64,000 nt of DNA. Source: Yuukianura sp. NJ FZ-2021. Taxonomy: Eukaryota. A program made the position numbers and the translations under genes. This document shows, one piece after another, positions 38,869 to 50,089 of the stretch (position 1 is its first letter; every line of letters begins with the position of its first letter). The stretch covers positions 2,480,001 to 2,544,000 of the forward strand of contig CM102287.1 of the NCBI GenBank assembly GCA_046563655.1, written 5' to 3'. The notes under the pieces are model-generated. The model was not told the DNA's origin. It worked only from the letters and a program-made list of their open reading frames with translations, and did not search any database.

Positions 38869-40960
38869 GATTTACGTGTTCCAAAAAAAAAAATACGATC
38901 GCGTTACGTTTTTCATAACAGATTTGTTATACTTTTGCATGATATTCGTGACATTTTTATAATTTTGCTTGTTTTTTTTCTGGATTTACTAGCTAAAGCC
39001 TCAGCTGTACAAAAGTGGCCGAATGATTTCCTGCTTTTGAGAACTGCGTTGGAAGTTTATTTCAATTTAATTTTCTTTCCCCTCTCACCTTGAAGATGAG
39101 TCATAATTAAGTTTTAGTAATTAGTTCACTGTCGCATTTCATCCAAATGTGTCTCTTTTTTACCTTAAGTTTTTCCTCAGTTAGTTTGAACAGGCTTAAT
39201 TCTATAAAATTATTTTGGTTTACGTTTTTGAAATCCCATTCCAAGCAGAGTTAATTGATTAATTTACGGTTTTGCTCAATTAATTTCCAGTCAGTTGTGT
39301 AGGTGCTCCGTTTGCTGCTGCTAATTCAGAAATGCCTACTTTTGTCAATTACTTTTTAGTCATTCTTGCCACTTTTTTGAGTTTTTTTTGGGTACTGGAA
39401 CAATTGAGTGCCATCATATTTTTGAAGTGTGAAGGAAATTTTCTGTGGAAAAATGGCTTTCTTTAGTGTAATTAGTTAATTAATTTGTAAAGTTTCAGAT
39501 CTGGCAATTCAAACTCTAAAAAGTTAGAAAATTAGCAATTACGTTTGTTAGCAGCTCAAAATTATAGTCGCCGCATGGCTTTGATGTGTCGCTCCATTTT
39601 AATTTGTGTTTGATGTGGCCAAATTTTAAATGTGTGAATTGTCAATTTGTACTAAATTGTTAGTAATCTGTAAAATTGTTAACTTTATTCGTTCCAATTT
39701 GTTTTTGTGTTGCAGGAGTACGAATTTGATCTAAATTGGAAAGCTCCCTTTTCAAACTTCAAAATTCGACAAGCATTTTACGTTAAAATTTGGCCATTCC
39801 AAACAATTTTTAGTCAACTTTCAAAAAAAGAAACAAAAGATCTTCTTTTTAGATCTGAAATCTAAAGTCCTCATTCAATATGGAAACGGTGTGATAGTCT
39901 TGTAAGTGCTAACTAAAAGAATCTCGTCGATTAGTAATCGAGCGATTATTTAGATGGATTAGCCAAAAAATTTAAGAGCTAAAATACTTATAAATTTTAA
40001 AATTAGGTAAACTAAAAAAATTATAATCTCTTTAATATAAGATCTGGGAAAATACAATTGGCCTTTGACGTTTCCGTCCTGTCGGTTACTACAAAGGTCT
40101 AATTTGTCTAAATTAGTTTCAAAATGTTAGAATTTAGGAAATTCTAAACAGCTTAACTTCGGTACTAAATGTACTGACTGCTCTGATTGAATTGTAGGAA
40201 ATATTTAGAGGAAATTAAGTGCATAATTAATTGTAGAGCGAAGGAGTGTTGAATTAATTGTGATTTAACTTAAATAAGCACAGAGCAGGGTACTTGATTA
40301 CGATGGCAGGAAGAAATACATGGAAAGGTGTAGCTTAATTTAAAATTAATTTAAATTGTTAATTAATTAGTTCGTAGAGGTATGGAAGCTGGCATTCTTT
40401 TAGGTTTGGGATGAAGAATGAACATCAAATAAACACTTTGCGAAATTAATTACTCAAATGTGCTAATTACTATTTCAAAATATCTAGAAATCATGCTAGA
40501 ATTCAGATGAATTATCCAACTTTTTTGCAAAAAAAAAAAAGTAAAATGACCCATTTTAAAATGTGGAAAGAAGTGGATGGAATGGAATGGAACTAAAGTA
40601 ATAAGCGTCACATGTTTTTCTTGCTAAAAAAAAAGTTGGCCTCTGGACTTGTACTTTGACAGAAAGTATTTAGTGATAAAAGTTTGTAGATTAATGCTTA
40701 ATCAACAGTACTCGACATTTTAATTTAATCAGTTGCGTACTCCATGTGACCGGCAATTGTAGTCAGCAGTTAGTTAGTTAACTAACCAACAATTAACGTC
40801 GACATCCACAAGTGACCTCTCGATCTCAGCTGATTTCACACAGGTAACAAGTTCAACAATTCCACGTTTTTTGTTATTTGTAAATTCATTTTAATTAGTG
40901 ATCAGGAAGGAGTGTTAGATTTCGGAACGGATTCGTCTTCTAGTCGTTTGACCTTTGACC

Positions 40961-41172
40961 GGCAGGAGTAAGGCAGAGGTGGCCTGGGTTAATTCTCCAT
41001 ATCCCATCCCGTATCCCATGCAATGCTTCGCGGCGCGATGTTGTCGGATAAGTTGATATAGGTTAGGTTAGGTTAAGCAACTTATCCGGCAACATCGCGG
41101 CGCGAAGCATTGCATGGGATACGGGATGGGATATGGAGGGTTAACCCAGGCCACCTCTGCCTTACTCCACCC
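40961..41172. mobile_element. Merlin-type palindromic MITE with 91-bp arms and a TTAGG loop, just upstream of the SGPL1 ATG
   Basis: Termini GGCAGGAGTAAGG...CCTTACTCCACCC, 8-bp TSD CTTTGACC (40953-40960 and 41173-41180); arms 40965-41055 and 41078-41168 with 4 mismatches. Confidence 0.85.
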
Positions 41173-41214
41173 CTTTGACCTTCCACGTCAAACTAATTTC
41201 TTGCCGGAGAAGTT

Positions 41215-43838
41215 ATGGTAAGAATTTGCTGATTGATGTAGTTAAGTAATTGGGTCAATTTCAAATGGTTGTGTTTAGAGTGAAGTTGTGGAACCATCAT
41301 TAGTACTGCCGGCTACTGCGACTGCTGGATACTTGTTGCTCAAAGCCAACAGCATCAGACACAGACTCAACGAAGTATTCTGTTACGAACCAGTCATTCT
41401 AATTGGCGGAACTGCCTTGACCATCCACGTTTTACACAAACTCTACCACAAAGTGCCTAATGATGGTAAATCCACCATTTAATACTTGTTACTACTCAGT
41501 ATTCTATTTCCTAACTTCCGTGATCTTCATTTCAGGGGTCAAACAAGGTCTCATGCGATGGTTTTTCAAGAACGTCAAGAAGTTTCCGTTTATCAAGAAG
41601 AAAGTGCTATCGGAGCTCCAGAAAACGAAGAATGCCCTGCACGAAGACATGCTGAAACTGATGCGAGGAAAACGAAATCCAGATGAATTCGAGTACATCC
41701 TCACTCTGCCCGCGACTGGAGCCGAACCTGACAAAATACTTGCGACGATGGGGGAGTACATGGAGCTAGGTGAGGTCACTTTTTAACAAAAACTGTTATC
41801 GTGTGACCTTGACCTCAAAAGTTAATCGAAACAATGTGACCTTGACCTCAAAAGTTACATTTAGTTACATTTAGTTACGATTGGTTGCAGGAAGTTACAA
41901 GTGGCAGAACGGTTCTGTGTCTGGCACGGTGTACCACGGCGGAGATGCTCTCACGGAATTGAACGCCGCTGTTTTCCGGATCGCTGCTTGGTCAAATCCA
42001 CTTCACGCAGACGTTTTCCCGGGAGCTTGCAAAATGGAAGCAGAGGTGGTTCGGATGGTGGCAAATCTGTTCCACGGTTCAATCAAAAGTTGCGGCACGG
42101 TGAGAATTCAACTATAATTAATTAGTTGATTAGTTAATTAGTTTCAGTTTTTGTGTCTTAATCTCTGTAGGTAACGTCTGGAGGAACAGAGTCGATCATT
42201 CTAGCTGTGAAGGCATATAGAGACTTGGCGATGCAGGAGAAGGGGATCCAGTTTCCAGAAATTTTGGTTCCAGTGACAGCTCACGCTGCTTTTGACAAGG
42301 CTGCTCAACTCCTCAACATCAAAATCAAACACGTTCCAATTAATCTGGAAACGTGTCAAGTGGATGTCGCCAAAATGAGGAAGATGATCACTTCCAACAC
42401 TTGCATGGTAAGTGATCTTCCATTTTCCAAACTATGCTTCAATTCCACTGAAATGCCGACAGTATTTTCCAAAGTATGCTTCAATTCCACTGAAGTGTTG
42501 ACAGTATCTTGACTACTTTGCAGTTAGTTGGGTCAGCACCAGCATTTCCACATGGTTGTGTGGATGACATCAAGGCCATTGCAGAACTGGGACTCCGCTA
42601 CTCCATTCCAGTCCATGTTGACGCTTGTCTCGGAGGATTCCTCATTGTAAGTTTATGAGAGCCTGATTCTGGAATGAGAGTTCTTGGGGTAACTATTTCA
42701 ATCGTTTAGATTCAGTTTAACATTCTGTGTCTTAATTTTTGCAGGCGTTTATGCCCGCAGCGGGATTTGATATGCCACCATTCGACTTTCGGTTATCCGG
42801 AGTCACCAGCATTTCTGCTGACACCCACAAGGTATTAAAGTAATTTCAACGTATTTTAATAAAAAGTTCGGTTTTGAAATATTTCTGAGCCGAAAAATGG
42901 ATTTCTGTTTAATTTTTAATTTGATTTCAGTATGGATTTGCACCAAAAGGCTCCTCTGTCCTGCTCTTCCGCGATATCAGCTACAAACACAAGCAATATT
43001 TCCTGCAATCTGATTGGCCCGGAGGTCTCTACGGCTCACCGACTCTGGCCGGTTCCAGATCAGGAGGTAAGTACATTTCATGAACTAAAATTTAAAATCT
43101 TGAAATTGAAACATTCAACATTTTGTTGGTTAGCTGTGATTGCTGGATGCTGGGCTTCGATGTTGTACTTTGGACAAAACGGATACGTGGAATCTACAAG
43201 AAGAATCATAAATGCTGCCAGGAAAATCGATAGCGGGTAACAATTGGTCCATTTCCAAGGAACAATTTGTTGATTTTTAACATTTTTGAATTTTGAATTG
43301 TTTTGTATTAGATTGCGCCAAATCAGAGGAATCCGAGTGATGGGGAAACCGCAGATGAGTGTGGTGGCCTTCACTTCAGATAAGTTTGACATTTATCAAC
43401 TCTCAGAGAACTTGAACAAACGCGGATGGAGTTTGAACAATCTCCAGTTCCCTGCAAGGTAACGCCACTTTTACCACTTCAAAATTTCAATCCAAATCAC
43501 TTCATTTTAGTGCTAATTTTTATCTTTGCCTTTTAGTATTCATATTTGTCTGACGTACTGTCACACGGCTGAAGGCGTAGCAGAGCGATTCGTGGCAGAT
43601 GTAGCTGCCGAAGTGGCCATTCTACTTCAGGATCCAAGCAAACCAGTTTCCGATGCTGTGAGAACAAAAATTCTAAAAACTTTTTGAAAACCTTTCTAAC
43701 TTTTCGAAATTTTGATTCTCTCAGGTTGCTCTCTATGGTTCTGCACAAAAGATTCCAGATCGTTCGCTAATTCAAGAGATAACTGCAATTTATTTGGACA
43801 CTTTTTACAGCACTGAAATCGAAGTGGACGAGCTCTAG
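41215..43838 (+). CDS. SGPL1: Sphingosine-1-phosphate lyase, multi-exon
   Basis: [61 protein letters not shown] (PLP lysine), [17 protein letters not shown]. Confidence 0.95.
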
Positions 43839-44094
43839 AAAGTTCAAACACACCCAACTGTTTTTCATGAAATTTCATGAATTATCCATGAAAAATTTTG
43901 TAAATTCGACATTTTCGAACTTTTAAATTCCCGAGTTATGAAAAAAATTGTTTTAATTTGAAACCTTTCTGTTTGCGAATTTCGCAAACTGAAACTTCGT
44001 GCCATAAACACTTGTGATTAAATTGTGATCAATCAGAATTCACTTTTTAGCACAACTAAATTTTAGTTTTCGTCACTTTTTAGTACAATTTTTT

Positions 44095-45369
44095 TTACAA
44101 ACATCCGCAGACGCAAACAGAAGATTCTGCTGCGTAGAAATCGTCTTTGAATTGGCATCTTTTTCCTCTGCCAATATTTCCGCCGTACTCCGGTTCCGTG
44201 TTGACATCCATGCATCTTCTACTGCACTCTTGGTTGGATTCGCATGTTGCATCTTCAAAAGTGTGCACGTAGGATTGCTAACACAAAAATTTTGATAACT
44301 TTTGAATATTTTAATTTTAAAGTTTTTTTGTTACGGGCATTCCGTTTGGAACCAGTCTTGTACTGTCTTCCGGCTTCCAGTCTTCACGGCTTCCGAAGAG
44401 AAACAGCTGATTCGGCTTCCAGTCTTCCGACTTCCGGCTTCCAAGGATTCTCTTGTCTTCACGGCTTCCGACCTCCGGCTTCCAGAGAATGTTTTGTCTT
44501 CACGGCTTCCGACCTCCGGCTTCCAGCGAATGTTTCGTCTTCACGGCTTCCGACCTCCGGCTTCCAGGGAATTTCTTGTCTTCCAGTCTTCCGGCCTCCG
44601 GCTTCCAAAGATTCTCTTGTCTTCACGGCTTCCGACCTCCGGCTTCCGGAGAATGTTTTGTCTTCCAAGGCTTCCAGGGGATTTTTGTATTGCAGTCTTC
44701 CGGCTTCCGGAGGATATTTTGTCTTCCGGCCTCCGGCTTCCAGAGAATCTTTTGTCTTCCAGGCTTCCGGCTTCCGGCTTCCAAAGAATGTTTTGTCTTC
44801 CGGGCTTCCGTCTTCCGGCTTCCAAAGAATCTTTTGTCTTCCAAGCTTCCGGCCTCCGGCTTCCAAATAATATTTTGTCTTCCAGTCTTCCAGCCTCCGA
44901 CTTCCACAGATTCTTTTGTCTTCCAGGCTTCCAGCCTCCGGCTTCCAAAGAATATTTGGTCTTCCGGGCTTCCGTCTTCAATACTTCCGGAAGTCGGAAG
45001 AATGAAGCCGGAAGACGGCTTCATTTGAAGAATCTTCCGGAAGACAGTACAAGACTGGTTTGGACAAGGTTGGCAAAGACAAGTTCCATCTCCGATGCAT
45101 TTGTAGTTTCTGCCCATGCAAACAGCGGAACACAAGTTGTACTTTTCTCCCATCATCATTTCAAATCTGCAATCTTGGCCTAAAATCTAAAAACGTGTCA
45201 ACTTTTTTGAAATTTTGAAATTTTATGAAACCTTGAGCAAAAAGTGATTTGAGTTTACGAATTGGCAAGCTAAACCATTGATTCTTTTATTTTATGGACA
45301 ATAAATTACCTGTGTAGCAGTTATCAGGACTAACTTTGTAATAATTAAAAAATTAGTTTTGAATTTCAT
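44095..45369 (-). pseudogene. Small secreted Cys-rich, two-domain defensin-like gene interrupted by a transposon in exon 2
   Basis: Removing 44351-45059 and one TSD copy restores MKFKTNFLIITKLVLITATQ|ILGQDCRFEMMMGEKYNLCSAVCMGRNYKCIGDGTCLCQPCPNGMP|QSYVHTFEDATCESNQECSRRCMDVNTEPEYGGNIGRGKRCQFKDDFYAAESSVCVCGCL* with GT-AG introns in phase. Confidence 0.65.
44351..45059. mobile_element. 709-bp non-autonomous DNA transposon filled with roughly 41-bp CTTCCGG-based tandem repeats
   Basis: Perfect 23-bp TIRs ACCAGTCTTGTACTGTCTTCCGG (44351-44373 and 45037-45059); 5-bp TSD TTGGA (44346-44350 and 45060-45064). Confidence 0.88.
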
Positions 45370-45799
45370 AATTTTGTAGACAAAAACTATTCACTTTCTT
45401 TGAAAATTCTATTCAAGCGAATTGCTAATACAACTGGTTAGTGAGTTTCACTAAAATGGGTTTTGATTTAGAAAAACTATTGACTGAGATTCTGTTCAAA
45501 AAATATACTTTTTAAACTTTTGAAAATCTAAAAGTAAAACTTAAAAACTAAACTTGATTTTGTACCATTTAAGAGAGAGACGCACAAACTAAAATTTAAC
45601 ACAAAAATTGAACCACTCAAAATTTAACTTTTTTACAACTTGTTCTTAAACTCGTTTTTTTTGTCCTAAAAAAGTTTTTCAGTTCTTGTTTTAAAAAGTA
45701 GGTCACTCGAGGTCACAGAAACAGCAGAAGAAGCAGGTTTTAGTTAAGTAATCCTGAAGTTCAAAATTTTGAAAAATGATATTAAAAACTTTTAAAATT

Positions 45800-46421
45800 T
45801 TAAAAACAGAGTTCTTTGTAGTCTTTTTTCAAATCCACACTGGGTTTTCGTATTGTCAGCATTTCAATACAGATTTCCCCAAAGTCAGTTGCTGCTTCCG
45901 CGGGACTGAACAGTTCAAAACTTGCTCCCCGGAGTACCCTGATCAAAGAGCGTACTTGAGAGAACTGAATGTAGCCTGAATTGGGGCGAAGGAGACCCTT
46001 AAGGGCCTCCATGCTCTCCAGAAAGGACCCTGCAAGCTGAACCTTCTCACGCAACTGACCTCCCTTGTCCTTGTTGGCCCTTAGCTTTCCATACTTTTCC
46101 AAAATAGCTTTATACTCTGCCGGATTTTTCAAATTTTGAATTGATTCATGCAGTTTTCTGAGTTCCGGATTTTCTGTAGTCCCTTCAGCGTCGATTTCGC
46201 GTAGATTTTGAGCCCATTCGAGACGTTTCCGCTCAACTGCTTCAGAAACTTTGTCTAACTTGGTCAAAGTGGCCTGGAAAAACAAGTAATTACTATTTAA
46301 GAAGTAATTACACAAGTAATTAAGTAATTACACAAGCAATTAAAACAAATTAAAACAATACTTGCTGGCAAAATTTGGTTTTGAAAAAAAAAGACAAAAA
46401 ATTGTCAGATTTCGACGCCAT
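45800..46421 (-). CDS. Hypothetical helical/coiled-coil protein of unknown family
   Basis: About 158-codon open exon 46274-45800 after a ttccag acceptor; candidate first exon 46421-46362 in phase 0. No recognised motif. Confidence 0.4.
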
Positions 46422-47901
46422 TCTCCTTGAAAATCACCTCATTTTTTAATAATTTCCTTGTTAATACTTGGCTTTCTTTTAAGTGGCGTTTAAGTTTTAC
46501 TATTAAAAACTAATTTTGTTTTTAGTATTTTAATGTTAATGTATTATATTATTATATATTTATTTAATTATTTATATTATATATTTTCACCTGTGCCTCA
46601 TTTGGATCGAGTAAGAATTGGAAGTCAATTACAGGTGAGCACGTGATCAGTACCTTAAGCAAACAAAAGTGAAAAAAAGTGAAGTGTTTTTGTAGAGATT
46701 CGGACTTTGTTGGTTTGAGTTAGTGACGAGTCAAGTCCAAAGTGTTTCAAATGGTAAGTAAATTAACTTATTACTGTCAAGATTTAACTAAATTGTAAGT
46801 TAATATATTAAAAACATAAGTATAACATAGTTAGTGCTGTCTAAAATATTCGTTGTGTTAGTTAATAAAATTTTGACTTACAATTGCTCCCAGAAGAATC
46901 TGAATTCCAAAAATACTTTTCATCCTGCTTTCAGTTTCAAAATTTCAGATTTTGCAGGTCAACTTTCCTTTTCTCTTCCAACTTTTTTAAAAAGTTTGGT
47001 TTTTCTCCAGTTTTTGGTTCCGAAGCTCACTATTTTTTGAAAATCCAAAAACGTTAACTTTGTTTTGAAAAAAACTAAGCTTTTGAATTGCTATTGACAA
47101 GTGTATTTAAGTGGAGAAGGGGAATGATGAGAGATGTTGTGTTTGTGAAGATGAATGTGAGAGTGACTGTTAATTTGAAGAGTCAAAGACACTCTGGAAG
47201 CAGAGAGACGCTTCCAGCTCTTCTTCTAGTTCTTATACTTTTTGGTTTGCTAAAATATCACTCTGCGCTTCAAAAACTTAGCATGAAGCATCTTTTCCTT
47301 TGAAGTGTTTTACTTTGGTTTCGGGGAAAGCAAAATCAACAATTCTCCAAATGAGGATTCAATTCTCCAATTGAACATGACGCCCACACTCCTCTTTTCA
47401 GAGAAAGTGCGCTGCTGTTTCCATTTTTTCTGAATTTTGGAACATAATCTGTTCCTGGAAGTCTAAAGTTAGGTTAGGAAACTAAAGTGAAAGTATAATG
47501 AGGTCAATGCGAAGATGCAACCACGGCGACAACAAACTAAACTTTCTCCTCCCACGTCCAACTTTCAAGTTTCAAGTAGCAAAGTATTTCTAAAAATGTG
47601 GTTTTTGCATTGATGCCATGACAACCCCACTTAAGTTTGGTAGCCAACAATGATGTTGTTTTAGCATATTATGCTTAGACTTTCACGTTGAGCAAGGTCA
47701 ACAACGCAGCAAGTCGCTCTGAAAAGCTGAAGTTTTCCGTCAAATTGAGCCGAATCGTCACCACCCCGTCGTCTGTCAGCCAAAAAGTGCGGTACTTTTG
47801 ACGTTTCTGTTAGTTTAACCACAATCAAACTTGAAAATTTCGCAGTTAATCAAAAGTTAACGATGGTATGTAACGTTGCAGAGTGAAGATCTGTGTTGCG
47901 C

Positions 47902-48360
47902 ATGGTTGAAATGGCCTTGTCAGGAGCAGTTGCTTGGATGGTGATTGTGGTGGTTGTGATTGGTGGAATTTGGAGTTGTGATGCTGCTGGAGGTGCCAAT
48001 GACACGGAGCTTCTGGCTAAAGAACTTGCCGCAGCAGCGGCTAGGAAACTGGAAAACCGTGCTGGAAAGCTCGAAACCCGTGCCGGGAGGCGAAGTAGTT
48101 ATCGACAAGCGGCCTGCGAGTCGTACAGGGAAGATCCAAACTGTGCCATTGAAGCTTTTAAAGGAATTAATGTTGCCCAACATACAACGGAGACCGTGAT
48201 GGAGACATGTTGCCCTAGATTTGGACATCCTGCATGCAAAACCATTGACGCCTGGGATTCGGATGAAGACAATGGTATGTTTGATCACTGCGCCGCAGGA
48301 TCGCTCTACGTTGGACTCAAGTTCCTTCTTCTTACTACTTTCCTTACACTCCTCTTCTAA
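47902..48360 (+). CDS. Putative GPI-anchored six-Cys protein, family member 1
   Basis: Signal peptide, RAGRR site, C-x8-C-x21-CC-x7-C-x17-C, then small residues and a hydrophobic C-terminus. Confidence 0.75.
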   Translation: MVEMALSGAVAWMVIVVVVIGGIWSCDAAGGANDTELLAKELAAAAARKLENRAGKLETRAGRRSSYRQAACESYREDPNCAIEAFKGINVAQHTTETVMETCCPRFGHPACKTIDAWDSDEDNGMFDHCAAGSLYVGLKFLLLTTFLTLLF

Positions 48361-49348
48361 ATTTTACATTTTCAAGCAGTCAAGTACATTATAGACCATC
48401 ATAACTTCAATAGCCTCGATAGAATGCTGCCAAATCCCAAAATTGACCGAATTATCAATAGACAAAAACAAGATTTTCATTTTGGAAATTCTGAAAAACT
48501 GGAAACTTTGAACTTGTTGCATCTGACAGTGAGATTGACGCACATTTCATGAACCTCCTCTACGCAAATGGTGACTGCGTGACGTTGGTGTGACAAGGAC
48601 AAGTTATTTTTGCATTTTGCACGTTTCGTGAAGTGTAGTTTCGTGATGACTACATGTAACTGGTTACAGTGACAGCATCCTGGGTTTCCACCCTTATTGT
48701 GTCATCACCTTTAAAAATAAAATTTCAACTTTAATACAAAAGTGAAAAATCTTTACTTTTAGAGTGACAATGAAGACGGAATTAGTTTTTAAAGGAGATT
48801 AAGTGACGAGTAGCAGTTAGAGAAGATGAAGATGCGGATGAGGGATTGTCCTTTGGAACACCCTTCAACGTCAATCTCCCACAACATGCGTCTACTTTTT
48901 AAAAAGTGACAACTGAAATGGGACAAAGAAGTTGATTGTGTCAATGGTTAAGACCATAAACACCCACTTACAACTTGTACTTGTCAATGGAGAGGTCAAA
49001 GGTCAGGAGTACACACACTTTGTCAAAACACTAAACTATTTTAAAATGACCCCACACCTATATTTAGAACTTTATAAATCTGTCAAAATGTGGACATTAG
49101 GCTATAGAGTCTCACTGTATACTCAAAATCTTACTAAAAAGTGAGGTCAACGACCTTGACCAATTTCTTGCAACATTTCCGTTAGAAAGTACACTTTTTA
49201 AATGCCTTGAATACCACTGGGAACACTTTTTGTAAATTCAACTTCTTGTTTTCACACATTCACCAGCTTTTGAGTCAAAAGTTTTGCGTTGAAAAACGTT
49301 CAGTCTGTTTTAGGTGGGAGATCTTTGTTGCTTGTGCGTCTGCTTGAA

Positions 49349-49819
49349 ATGGGTTTGTCAGGAGGAGTTGGTGGTGGTCGTTGGATGGCGTTGGTCATGG
49401 TGGCTCTCATTGGTGGATTCTGGATTGGTGGGGCTGGAGCCACCGACGCTGCCCCACCAGGGAACAATTCGTCGTCGCCACTTCAATCGCGTGCTGGGCG
49501 AGAGGAGTCAGAGTGGTGCAAGGCATTTGCGCGAGACGAAACCTGCTTCGCGGACTTTTTAGAGGAAATACAGAAAGAGAAGTTGAACAAGTACGATGAC
49601 GAATTGAAACCCGGCAAACGTCGCGAGTTCATCGTGGAACAAAGAAAATGCTGCGCTGACAAAGGAGAGGAAGACTGCGTACTTGTACTGGGAGCGTTTT
49701 ATCTTGTGATGACGTCAGACTACGAAGCTTCATCGAAGCACTGCGCAGCAGGCGCGAAGAATGCTGGATTCGTTCCAGCGATGCTGGCAGCAACTATTTT
49801 TCTTACGCTCATTTCCTAA
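49349..49819 (+). CDS. Putative GPI-anchored six-Cys protein, family member 2
   Basis: Signal peptide, RAGR, C-x8-C-x34-CC-x7-C-x21-C, HCAAG and hydrophobic tail; close paralogue of 57050-57505. Confidence 0.75.
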   Translation: MGLSGGVGGGRWMALVMVALIGGFWIGGAGATDAAPPGNNSSSPLQSRAGREESEWCKAFARDETCFADFLEEIQKEKLNKYDDELKPGKRREFIVEQRKCCADKGEEDCVLVLGAFYLVMTSDYEASSKHCAAGAKNAGFVPAMLAATIFLTLIS

Positions 49820-50089
49820 ACTCTACAAACAATTTTTACTTTGAATTGCTCAGGTCTATTTTTAGAACTTTCTCAACCTTAAAATATCAACAAAAAAAAT
49901 TAATAAAGTTAAGCTTGTCATTGTCCACTATACTGACTATTTTTCTAAACAGAGAGGTCAAGCATTAGTTTAGAATTTGGAAGTTAGTGCTGGAAGTGGC
50001 CAGAGAAGAGATCAATTGACGGGTCAAAGGTCAAGAGTGCAAATACTTTGTCAAAACACGAACCTATTTTAAAATGACTTCAGACCTAT

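Noticed and set aside
41056..41077. Interstitial telomere or chromosome-fusion scar
   Set aside because: Only about three TTAGG units, enclosed in a MITE with a TSD.
44244..45183. Six overlapping long ORFs
   Set aside because: They arise from the stop-poor CTTCCGG repeats of the inserted element; only the Cys-rich flanks look coding.
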